Part shown: in pieces, positions 29,764 to 38,711 of the stretch
How positions within the stretch are numbered: position 1 is the first letter of the stretch
Layout: each line of letters starts with the position of its first letter
Position numbers and translations under genes: made by a program
The notes under the pieces: model-generated
What the model was told of the DNA's origin: nothing
Database searches by the model: none
Seen by the model: the letters and a program-made list of their open reading frames with translations, nothing else
Assembly: GCA_963702025.1 (NCBI GenBank)
Contig: OY969699.1
Location: 448,001 to 512,000 of the forward strand
DNA length: 64,000 bases
From: an uncultured bacterium
GTDB lineage: Bacteria > Babelota > Babeliae > Babelales > Vermiphilaceae
Direction: 5' to 3'

Positions 29764-30525
29764 TTATTTTAAGGTTGTTCGTTTATCCAATGCTTCTTGA
29801 ATATTCATTTTTCGCCACCAATCATTTGGATCTTTTGAATTCATGTATTTTTGAATATCTTCTTGGCTAAAGGTATATGCGGTTTTATACTGCGACAGCA
29901 TTTTAATTAAATCTTTTGGCAATAATGAAAAATAAGTTCCTGAGCGTTCATCACTGAGGGTTGATAATCCATTAATCACTTCCGGTGATAGGGCTAGCGA
30001 TTTATGACTGAGCATTAACTCTATAACGCCGGGGTAGCCATACTGGATAGCAACAGCCAAAGCCGTCTTTTTATCGTTATCCAGAGCGTGTCTGTGTATA
30101 TTTCTGTGATTAAGTAGCAAATTTACAATCTCCAGATCGCATCGGCTAGATGCACAATGAAGTGCTGTCCATCCCTTGTGCAAAGATGATGGTATTATTG
30201 CGTTTACATTAATAGTCTCTTGCTCAAGGAGAAGTTTTACTATGGCAGGGTTCTTATTCATGAGAGCATAATGAAGCGGTTTCATGCCTTCTTCATCCTG
30301 CGTATTAACATCAGCGCCTGCATTAAGAAGAGCTGCAACTTCTGATGCACTTCTATTCATTTTGATACAAGAAAGCAACAGACCATTGTTCCATTGTTGC
30401 TCATTTGCTTGCGCGACCGGATTATTGCTGGCAACTTGGTTTTTTTCCATTGTAGGCGCATTAAGGAAGGTGCTCAGTATAATAATACATGCCGAAACTA
30501 TTTTATTTTTCATCATGTGCTCCAT
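29764..30525 (-). CDS. Secreted ankyrin protein with F-box-like motif
   Basis: APT|MEKN; GMKPLHYA, GWTALHCA; TYFSLLPKDLIKMLSQY. Confidence 0.88.
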   Translation of the reverse strand: MEHMMKNKIVSACIIILSTFLNAPTMEKNQVASNNPVAQANEQQWNNGLLLSCIKMNRSASEVAALLNAGADVNTQDEEGMKPLHYALMNKNPAIVKLLLEQETINVNAIIPSSLHKGWTALHCASSRCDLEIVNLLLNHRNIHRHALDNDKKTALAVAIQYGYPGVIELMLSHKSLALSPEVINGLSTLSDERSGTYFSLLPKDLIKMLSQYKTAYTFSQEDIQKYMNSKDPNDWWRKMNIQEALDKRTTLK

Positions 30526-31096
30526 TTTTTTTTCGTTTTTCTAATGATGCATTTACAATGATAGTTTTTTGAGGATCATGTAGCCCATTCGTTGTCAATT
30601 TTTCAATCTCTTGGGTGCTAATACTGTATTCAGAGCAGGTAGGGATCAGTGAAATCAAATCGGCAGGCAGTAAGTTAAAATAGGTGCTTTTATCTTTAAA
30701 GAGAGTTTCAACAATCACCGTGTCAAGAAGCGGGCCATTTTTTGTGTGATTCAGTAATAAATTTAATATTTGCGTATTCTTGCTTAAAGATGCAGAAAAC
30801 AACGGATCAGAACCGTATCGGAATTTTAACATCACGTTAATTTTTGGCTGGCTCAAGAGGAGGGTGACCATTGGTATATCTTGATTGGTAACGGCAACTG
30901 ATAAGACGGTATTTTGACCATCTCGCGCATTAACATCGGCCCCTTGCTTGAGAAGTTGTTCAGCCTGCTCTACATTTTTTGTTTTTACTGCAGTAACAAA
31001 TTGCGTATCAAGTTCTTGCGGAACTTGCATGGCATAGGTTGTTGCAATCAACGAGCTGATTGCGCAGAATGTGATTATTGTTTTTATATTTTTCAT
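30503..31096 (-). CDS. Secreted ankyrin protein with F-box-like motif
   Basis: TYA|MQVP; LLKQGADVN; TYFNLLPADLISLI. Confidence 0.85.
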   Translation of the reverse strand: MKNIKTIITFCAISSLIATTYAMQVPQELDTQFVTAVKTKNVEQAEQLLKQGADVNARDGQNTVLSVAVTNQDIPMVTLLLSQPKINVMLKFRYGSDPLFSASLSKNTQILNLLLNHTKNGPLLDTVIVETLFKDKSTYFNLLPADLISLIPTCSEYSISTQEIEKLTTNGLHDPQKTIIVNASLEKRKKNGAHDEK

Positions 31097-31106
31097 CGTT
31101 TATCCA

Positions 31107-32039
31107 TTATGAAATTGAACAATTGTTTTGATTTTCATCGTAATCTTCCGGAACTGCTATCATAGTTTTGCCATGCATAATCAATTTCTTTTTCTTTTCT
31201 TGCTCAGCAATGGGCAATTCTTGCTTTTTTCTTTTTTGTAATGCAGCATTAAACAATGCTTTTATTTCGGGGTCCATGTTTTTTTGAGTTGTCATAATTT
31301 CTTGTATCTGCTCATTGCTAATACTGTATCCGAGATCGATCATATAGAGCGACAATAAAGAAATTAAATCTCCTGGAAGCACTGAAAGATAATTTGTTGA
31401 ATCGGAGTGTGAAATTTGAAGTGCCAGCATTTCTTTTCCTTTTTCTCCTTGCATATATTTTTTGAGCAGTGAAATGAGATCTGCCGGAAGCAATGAAAAA
31501 TAACTATCCTTTTTATTATTAGTTTGCAAATCTTTAATCAATTCTTGCTTTAGAATTGCTACCGGGCTTTGGTGATTAAGAAGTAATTCTATGATTTGTT
31601 TGAATTTAAAGTAACTAGCAATTTCTAATGGGGTAAGTCGATCACTACCACCTTGCAGATTTATTAAGATTTCAGGATGGGAAAGTAATAATTGCACCAT
31701 GTCGATATTATTAGAATTCACGGCAACGTGCAAAGCGTTCGATGTGCCTATCGCTGCATTTGGATGAATCTCTTTAATTTCAAGTAAAGCTCTTGCGGCC
31801 CAAGTGTTGTTTTTATTTACTGCATAAACAAGAGGAGTTTGAAATGATAATCGATTAAAACAAGAGTTTATGCGCGGGTTATTAGTAAAAATTTTTTTTA
31901 TTTCTTTAGTGTTTCCTTCATTCAGTGCCTGCAGAAATTGCTCTGCTTCTTGATCAGGATTTTCTGGTTTTTCCATAGCAAATAAGCACGAGGTCAGAAA
32001 ACAGAGGATTAAAGGGGTTAAAAATTGCATATTTTTCAT
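31107..32039 (-). CDS. Secreted ankyrin protein with two F-box-like motifs and CaaX-like end (CSIS)
   Basis: LFA|MEKP; TPLVYA/NALHVA/TPLEIA; YFSLLPADLISLL and YLSVLPGDLISLL. Confidence 0.88.
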   Translation of the reverse strand: MKNMQFLTPLILCFLTSCLFAMEKPENPDQEAEQFLQALNEGNTKEIKKIFTNNPRINSCFNRLSFQTPLVYAVNKNNTWAARALLEIKEIHPNAAIGTSNALHVAVNSNNIDMVQLLLSHPEILINLQGGSDRLTPLEIASYFKFKQIIELLLNHQSPVAILKQELIKDLQTNNKKDSYFSLLPADLISLLKKYMQGEKGKEMLALQISHSDSTNYLSVLPGDLISLLSLYMIDLGYSISNEQIQEIMTTQKNMDPEIKALFNAALQKRKKQELPIAEQEKKKKLIMHGKTMIAVPEDYDENQNNCSIS

Positions 32040-32184
32040 ATAAAAACTCCATTTTGTTTAAAGTAATACTATTCTATCTCTTATTTTATATAAAAAATTC
32101 AAATTGTCAATAATGAATTAGGGTTAAAATTGGGAGGGGTTTAAAGGTGTTTTTGGTTCAAAAGTGGTGATTTTTACCCCTGCG

Positions 32185-32764
32185 GGGTAGCAGCAAACGT
32201 GGGAATGTTTTCGCAAAATTATTTTAAACTGGAGGGATTCTTGTGAACCCCTCCAGACCACCGCACACTAAAGGGGGAGCCCTTTAGAATCCCCTATGCG
32301 CTAAACTCATCAACTCATCTCCCTTCGGGAGCTGCGTCGGTTCATACATATAGCGCAATCAGATCTAAACGTTTTATACATTAACTGTACGTAGAGCCCG
32401 CAACGATCCCCTCGACTTCGCTCGGGACTAAAGGCAAGCCGGGGCGCGAAAGCGCCCGAGCGGGCTCAGTTATTTTTTCTCTTGATCTCAATTGTGCTAA
32501 CTCAGGAAGTTTTTTAATAATGTTCTTTTGCTAGGGGTTTGGGGTCCCCCTCCAGCAAAAGCTATTTCCTTAGCATTCAAATGGTAGGGGTTAAATTCCA
32601 ACCTAGGCGGTACCGAGCTCGAATAGGCGAAGCCTATGAGTGGCGAGAGGTTGCCATGTCCGCTGAAAGCGGCATGTGCAGCCGTGATGAGCGCCGTCGG
32701 GATTCCTAAGGTGCCCCTTAGGTGAATGGGGGTGTGGGGGTATTTTCAAGAATACCACCACGTT
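32185..32764. repeat. Structured non-coding element, copy 1 (module A 32185-32480, module B about 32510-32764)
   Basis: GC-rich multi-hairpin sequence nearly identical to 33957-34572. Confidence 0.9.
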
Positions 32765-32905
32765 TTATTGCTGTACAAGAGGGATTTCGTCTTCAACTGC
32801 AGTAATAAATTGTTTATCAAGTTCTTGCGGAATTTGCATGGCATAGGTTGTTGCAATCAATGAGCTGATTGCGCAAAGTGTGATTATTGTTTTTATATTT
32901 TTCAT
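32765..32905 (-). pseudogene. Truncated duplicate of the 5' end of gene 30503-31096
   Basis: MKNIKTIITLCAISSLIATTYAMQIPQELDKQFITAVEDEIPLVQQ*; stop codon abuts the structured element. Confidence 0.85.
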
Positions 32906-32916
32906 AGTTTTCTCCA

Positions 32917-33810
32917 TTATGAAATTGAACAGTTTTGTTCATTATTTTTCTTATTGTTTTTTGTTACTTTAATCGTATGTTTTCCAGTTACAATTAATTC
33001 CGTGTCCTCTTCTTGTAATGCCCTCAGCGGTGATCGTTTTGTCAATTCATTCTTAATAACGGCTTTTATCGATGGATTAATAGTTCGATCCTTAAGTATT
33101 TCTAATGCCGCTTCATCTGTAACACTCTTGCAATGAAGATACGGGGCAAGCATGTCAAAAAGATCTTTATGCAATAATGCAAAGTATGTTTTGTCTGCTT
33201 GCAGTTCAGCAAGCAGTTTTTTTGATTTTTGCATTGTGGCGGATGAATGATCGCAATGATTCATAAATAATTGTATTAATGCCTCTTTATTTTTTACTGG
33301 AAAAAGTTCATTTTCATCCTTGCCACATGCTTTTTGGAATGCCGTAGCTCTCTTATAGCAATCATCATCCGCATATATCTTGTAGCAATGCTCCGCGTTA
33401 ACGTCCACGGCGGGGTGATCAAGCAGAAGCTTTACTATTTCTATGTTCTCAACTCGTGTCGCAGTCTCACCAAATGGTATAATCCGGAGCCAGTTGTTGG
33501 CAATTGCGCGATGAAGTGGTGTGCCATAAGAATCTTTTAAGTTTACATCAATGTGGGGATGAGCAAGTAAAAGTTTTATGATTTCTATGTTTTTGTTATA
33601 CACTGCCCAATGGATCGGGGTCCACTTGTCAACATCTTGTATGTTCACATTTATATCTTTATTTTGGAGCAGCGTGGCAACCTGCGCTGCATTATCTTGT
33701 TGTGCTGCTTGCAACAATTGTTGATTGAGATGCTCTATGGGCATTTCCATGCCCTGTGTTGTGCCGCCAAAGGCGAGCGCACAAGCGATCATTAGTATTT
33801 TACTTTTCAT
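32917..33810 (-). CDS. Secreted ankyrin protein with degenerate F-box-like motif and CSIS end
   Basis: TQG|MEMP; WTPIHWA, GTPLHRA; TYFALLHKDLFDML; QNCSIS*. Confidence 0.88.
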   Translation of the reverse strand: MKSKILMIACALAFGGTTQGMEMPIEHLNQQLLQAAQQDNAAQVATLLQNKDINVNIQDVDKWTPIHWAVYNKNIEIIKLLLAHPHIDVNLKDSYGTPLHRAIANNWLRIIPFGETATRVENIEIVKLLLDHPAVDVNAEHCYKIYADDDCYKRATAFQKACGKDENELFPVKNKEALIQLFMNHCDHSSATMQKSKKLLAELQADKTYFALLHKDLFDMLAPYLHCKSVTDEAALEILKDRTINPSIKAVIKNELTKRSPLRALQEEDTELIVTGKHTIKVTKNNKKNNEQNCSIS

Positions 33811-33956
33811 ATAAAACTCCATTTTGGGCTTAAAATAACATTGTTCTATCTCTTATTTTATATAGAAAGTGCAAATTGTCAATAATGAAAGAGGGTTAAA
33901 ATTGGGGGGGTTAAAGGTGTTTTTGGAATTAAAAGAGGGTGATTTTCCGCCTTGCA

Positions 33957-34572
33957 GGGTAGCAGCAAACGTGGGAATGTTTTCGCAAAATTATTTTAAA
34001 CTGGAGGGATTCTTGTGAACCCCTCCAGACCACCGCACACTAAAGGGGGAGCCCTTTAGAATCCCCTATGCGCTAAACTCATCAACTCATCTCCCTTCGG
34101 GAGCTGCGTCGGTTCATACATATAGCGCAATCAGATCTAAACGTTTTATACATTAACTGTACGTAGAGCCCGCAACGATCCCCTCGACTTCGCTCGGGAC
34201 TAAAGGCAAGCCGGGGCGCGAAAGCGCCCGAGCGGGCTCAGTTATTTTTTCTTGAAAACATTCTGTTTCTAACTTAGAAACTTTTTCATGAATATATAGA
34301 AAATAGATTGCCACACATTTTTTTAATAATGTTCTTTTGCTAGGGGTTTGGGGTCCCCTCCAGCAAAAGCTATTTCCTTAGCATTCAAATGGTAGGGGTT
34401 AAATTCCAACCTAGGCGGTACCGAGCTCGAATAGGCGAAGCCTATGAGTGGCGAGAGGTTGTCATGTCCGCTGAAAGCGGCATGTGCAGCCGTGATGAGC
34501 GCCGTCGGGATTCCTAAGATGCCCCTTAGGTGAATGGGGGTGTGGGGGTATTTTCAAGAATACCACCACGTT
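33957..34572. repeat. Structured non-coding element, copy 2 (module A 33957-34252, module B about 34319-34572)
   Basis: Module A identical by eye to copy 1; module B has 3 differences; the spacer differs in length. Confidence 0.9.
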
Positions 34573-34600
34573 GCTGGCCCTCGGCAGTAAAAAGTAACTG

Positions 34601-35368
34601 CTAGCCACAGAAAGTAATGTTTTCAAAGTGTATAACTTTGGGCATACTCTTCTCTTTTTCTTCAATGGTTTTGGCCAGCCATTTTTGTGCGTCCGGTTCC
34701 ATGGGAAGATAGGTGAGCCGTTTTAACAAGAGTAAAAGATATGCCGGTTCGGGAGGAAATGACATTTTTCCAAATTCAAAAGCACCCGGTTCAGTATCTA
34801 TAAAATAGGCAATGCCTTGCGCGGTGTTCACAATGTTTTTATCATGAACATCAAAATATCCTGTTTTTTGGATAATAATAACCAGTTGCTGTATCTGTTG
34901 TAAAGAAAAAGGAGCATTGGCAACAATAATTTTTGGTTCGACCGCATAGTCATTTGCTTGCTGATCAATATATGCTTTTTTTATCGGTATTTTTACTGCA
35001 TCGCAATGATATTCATCGGCGCATTGCTGAATCGCCAAAGCACCAATGAGGCGCGCTGCGCCATGCTTTTTAATAATATGTTCGGGAAGGGCAGAAGATT
35101 CATAGATATTTTTTGCCAGTTTTTTTACGGTGCCGTTATCAATGTTTTTTTGTAGAGCTTCTTTGTTAAAAAGATCATCAAGTGTTACAGCAACTTCCGG
35201 GCTCACGGTATGATTTTTTACTATTTCTTCCAACGAAATTTGGTCACTAAAAGTTGCATACCAGTATTTGCCATCATATTCTTGCTCCATTGCCTGGCTT
35301 TGGCCGGCAAAGAGAATGGCTAAGGATGCCAGCGAAATTTTGAGTATACTTTTAATTATTCTAACCAT
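34601..35368 (-). CDS. Secreted kinase-like protein, paralog 1
   Basis: SQA|MEQE; IIKK..RLIGA..KTGYFDVHDKNIV..YFIDTE; exact start uncertain (35368-35401). Confidence 0.6.
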   Translation of the reverse strand: MVRIIKSILKISLASLAILFAGQSQAMEQEYDGKYWYATFSDQISLEEIVKNHTVSPEVAVTLDDLFNKEALQKNIDNGTVKKLAKNIYESSALPEHIIKKHGAARLIGALAIQQCADEYHCDAVKIPIKKAYIDQQANDYAVEPKIIVANAPFSLQQIQQLVIIIQKTGYFDVHDKNIVNTAQGIAYFIDTEPGAFEFGKMSFPPEPAYLLLLLKRLTYLPMEPDAQKWLAKTIEEKEKSMPKVIHFENITFCG

Positions 35369-35385
35369 TGTAGCATGCATATTTT

Positions 35386-36202
35386 TTAAATAATCATGCA
35401 ATTTAATGAACTATTCTGAGTTTTTTCTGTTGATGGTGACGGTTCAATTCTTGTTGATAATTGTGATTGTAATAATTTTTGTTGCCACTTGTTGATTTTT
35501 TTATCGAGCCATGAACATGCGTCTACCGTTAAAGAGCCATCGAGTCTTCTTAAAATGGTTAATGCATTTATAAGACTTTTTAGATGAAAAAATTTTGGAG
35601 GAAAAATTGGATTTTCAGAAAATGATCTTTGCTCAGTATCAATGATATAGGCAATGCCATCTGCAGTATTTAAAATATTTTTTACGGGACCAATCGGTGT
35701 ATCCGGTTTTTATGGTTATTTTATAAAATTGTTTTACTTGTATTTTTGAAAATGGTTCATCTACTGATTCAATTTTAGGAACAATGGTATACCAATTCCC
35801 CGAAGCATCTTGATATACTTTTTTAATCGATGTTTTTACTGCGTCGTAATGATTCTCATCTGCGCATTGTTGAATTGCTAAAGATCCAATAACACGATCG
35901 AAACCTATTTTTATGATAGTGTTTGCAGGTGTTAAAAGTTCATAAATTCCTCTTGGGGCTAATTGTTTAAGTTTGCCGGCTAAAAGATCTTGTTTATATG
36001 TTTCATTAATTTCTTTTTCAACTTCCGGACTTACTTTATGATTCTTTATTATCTCATCCAAAGGCATTTGGTTGCTAAAATTGGCATACCAATATTTGCC
36101 CTTTAGCTCCATTGCGTGGCTTTGGCCGGCACAGAGAATGGCGAATAATGCCAGCGAAATTTTGAGCATATTTTTAAATAGTTTAGACATTGCAATCTCC
36201 AT
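35386..36202 (-). pseudogene. Secreted kinase-like protein, paralog 2, +1 frameshift in a homopolymer; restored C-terminus CMII
   Basis: T6 run at 35678-35683; removing one base restores DWSRKNILNTADGIAYIIDTE and reads through to the stop at 35386. Confidence 0.75.
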
Positions 36203-36206
36203 TTAT

Positions 36207-36977
36207 TTATCTTTTTAACGTTGTATATATTAATAAAACAGCGGGCACTATTAAGCTAAGAATCTGAGTAGTATTTTTGAATAGCGCGGGATATTTTTTG
36301 CCTGGATTTTCTATGTTAAGAACATGAAGTATTTTTGATCCGTCGCAAATTTGATTATGCAATCCAAAAAGCTGTTCGATATCATAATATGCACATAAAA
36401 TAATCATTACTTGAATGAAAGGATTTTGATCCTTATTTAACAATGGTCTTTGAAAGCCATTTAGTAGGATATTTGAAAAAGCATTATTATTTGATGAGAT
36501 ATATTCATTGAGAATATTATTTGTTTTTAATAAGCAATAGCAGCTTGCTAATCCAAAAAGTGGCCCCATTAGAAGCGTAAGCACAAGCCGTGATGCGTAA
36601 TTTTTATCATATGTATATTTATTAATGCTGCCAATTTGAGTGGAAAAGCATGTGTCGCCTTTCATTGGAAAAGCCAAAGGATTCTTCCATGGCGCTTTTA
36701 GAGGAATATTGATTTTAATATCTTTTACATTTAATAAAAGTTTCGCGGTCAATGCGTGGCCACATTCATGGCTTAATGTACTCAAATAAGCGGTTGCGTA
36801 GATCTGTGCATAAGTTAAGCCGCTTTTGGCTAAAAAACCAAGAGCTTTTGATAGGGCTGTTGATTCTTTTTGCATTGCATAGCTTGGCATACCTATATTG
36901 CTCATCAAAAGGAGAAGCAAAGTCAAATACGGAACTTTTTGTAATTTTTTAATTATTTTAGACATTGCACTCTTCAT
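36207..36977 (-). CDS. Secreted/membrane HExxH metallopeptidase (M50-like)
   Basis: LSHECGH, hydrophobic LMGPLFG segment, downstream CDG; SYA|MQKE. Confidence 0.6.
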   Translation of the reverse strand: MKSAMSKIIKKLQKVPYLTLLLLLMSNIGMPSYAMQKESTALSKALGFLAKSGLTYAQIYATAYLSTLSHECGHALTAKLLLNVKDIKINIPLKAPWKNPLAFPMKGDTCFSTQIGSINKYTYDKNYASRLVLTLLMGPLFGLASCYCLLKTNNILNEYISSNNNAFSNILLNGFQRPLLNKDQNPFIQVMIILCAYYDIEQLFGLHNQICDGSKILHVLNIENPGKKYPALFKNTTQILSLIVPAVLLIYTTLKR

Positions 36978-37736
36978 TTATAATTTTGCCAGCATAAGTT
37001 TTTTCTCTTTAATTCTTTGCTCGAGCCATTTTCTTGCATCATTTTCCATAGACAGCCTAGACAGTCTCTTGAGATTGAATGAATGCGTACATGATGCAGT
37101 TTTGGTTTCCTTTGGATCAACTGTACAATAGTCAAAAGAACGTGGTTCGGTATCGAGGATGTAGGCAATTCTTTGTACCGAATTGACAATGTTTTCATTA
37201 TGACCATCGGCATAGCCAGTTTTTTCAATAACAATACAGAGCTGTTTGATTTGTTTAAGTGAAAACGGATCTGAGACGATAGAAACTTTTGGTTCGACCA
37301 CATACCCGATTCCTTGTTCATCAATGTATGCTTTTTTTATCGGTGTTTTTACTGCATCGCAATTAAATTCAGCTGCGCATTGCTGGATTGCTAAGGCGCC
37401 AATGATTCTATCAGCGCCATATTTAATGACAGTATTAGGAAGTCTGTAAGATTCGTATACCTTATTGTTATCGTACAACAATCTTTTCAAGCTGCCGTTT
37501 GCAATATTTTTTGTATAATTAGTTCCAGCAAAAAGATCATTGATTATCATTTCAACTTCCAGACTCACTTTATATTTTTTTAATATCTCTTCAAACGGCA
37601 TCTGTTTTCTAAAATTTGTATACCAGTATTTGCCAGCGCATTCTTGTTCCATTGGCTGGCTTTGGCCGGCAAAGAGAATGGCTAATGATGCCAGCGAAAT
37701 TAGTGCATTTTTAACTATTGGCATTGAAATCCTCAT
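36978..37736 (-). CDS. Secreted kinase-like protein, paralog 3
   Basis: SQP|MEQE; VIKYG..RIIGA..KTGYADGHNENIV..YILDTE. Confidence 0.6.
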   Translation of the reverse strand: MRISMPIVKNALISLASLAILFAGQSQPMEQECAGKYWYTNFRKQMPFEEILKKYKVSLEVEMIINDLFAGTNYTKNIANGSLKRLLYDNNKVYESYRLPNTVIKYGADRIIGALAIQQCAAEFNCDAVKTPIKKAYIDEQGIGYVVEPKVSIVSDPFSLKQIKQLCIVIEKTGYADGHNENIVNSVQRIAYILDTEPRSFDYCTVDPKETKTASCTHSFNLKRLSRLSMENDARKWLEQRIKEKKLMLAKL

Positions 37737-37822
37737 TTTTTATACAAATTAGACTATTAGCTACATTCTTGAATTTAGCAGGAATTGGGGCCTTGTCAAT
37801 TTTTTTATTCCAATTTGTAAAT

Positions 37823-38611
37823 TTAATAGGCTGATGAACCTATAACGTGTTCAATCTTATCATGTGGCTCACTTGGTGCATCAGGGGCGGCCAGCAGATT
37901 TTGCTGGCCAAGAGGGATTTCGTCTTCAGTTTCAGAGGTTTGCAGGGATTCCAGGCGGGCAAGATAGGTGTCTCGATGAATAATCAAGTGTTGGCCGCTT
38001 TCGCGAATAATGCGTTTATGAGGGGGCGTGCTATACCCCTTGTGGGAGGCAAGCAAATAACCGGGAAATAGGGCGTCCATTCTGCGCATCATCGCATCGC
38101 GCGTTACTTTGGCCACAATTGAGGCGGCTGCAATAGTGCTTGATCGGCGCTCGCCAAAGGGAAAATAATGGACCGGAATATCGTTAAATGAGGTGTCTGC
38201 CAGGTTCAAGGGCATAGCATCGGTAATGATGGCGCTTGGCTTTTGAGGGGCGGTTGCCAGCAGGTGAACCAGTGCCTTTTTCATAGCGATTAGGGTGGCG
38301 TGCCAGACATTGCGAGAATCGATGGTGCGATGATGGACTATACCTATGCTGTATTGGCAGTTTTTCTGAATCCAGGTAAAGGCTTTAATCCGTTCCTCAG
38401 GGGTCATGAGCTTGGAATCTTTGAGCAATCGATGGGTTTTGCCGGGAGGCAAAATCACCGCAGCAGTGACAACAGGGCCTGCCAAACAGCCCCTGCCCAC
38501 TTCATCAAGCCCACAGATAAGTTGATTCTGCGCCCAGGCTTGTTCTTCAAAATAATTCTTATTGAAACGTTGGCGAACCTTAGTGATCCTGCCAGTTGTT
38601 TCTGAAATCAT
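37823..38611 (-). CDS. rnhB: Ribonuclease HII
   Basis: GLDEVGRGCLAGPV, DSK, IAAASIVAKVTRD, HKGY. Confidence 0.96.
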   Translation of the reverse strand: MISETTGRITKVRQRFNKNYFEEQAWAQNQLICGLDEVGRGCLAGPVVTAAVILPPGKTHRLLKDSKLMTPEERIKAFTWIQKNCQYSIGIVHHRTIDSRNVWHATLIAMKKALVHLLATAPQKPSAIITDAMPLNLADTSFNDIPVHYFPFGERRSSTIAAASIVAKVTRDAMMRRMDALFPGYLLASHKGYSTPPHKRIIRESGQHLIIHRDTYLARLESLQTSETEDEIPLGQQNLLAAPDAPSEPHDKIEHVIGSSAY

Positions 38612-38621
38612 ACTTTCCCAT

Positions 38622-38649
38622 TTGACAAGTCGAAATTAATGTGTACTAT
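38622..38649 (+). promoter_or_regulatory. Sigma70-like promoter for the XRE regulator
   Basis: TTGACA-N16-TACTAT upstream of an AGGAGG RBS. Confidence 0.55.
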
Positions 38650-38711
38650 TAGTATTAATAGCAGTATTTAACTAGTTAATAATAATACTATGATAACAGG
38701 AGGAGCACAGT

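Noticed and set aside
32185..34572. CRISPR array, tRNA, tmRNA or RNase P as the identity of the structured repeats
   Set aside because: No regularly spaced short repeats, no cloverleaf with T-loop/CCA, and no recognisable tmRNA or RNase P consensus
34462..34665. 67-aa ORF overlapping module B
   Set aside because: Reads through the hairpin repeat and overlaps the kinase-like gene end; not preserved as such in copy 1
13616..37736. Diversity-generating retroelement or retron as the diversifier of the effector arrays
   Set aside because: No reverse transcriptase in the window, and no template/variable repeat pair with adenine-specific mismatches was seen
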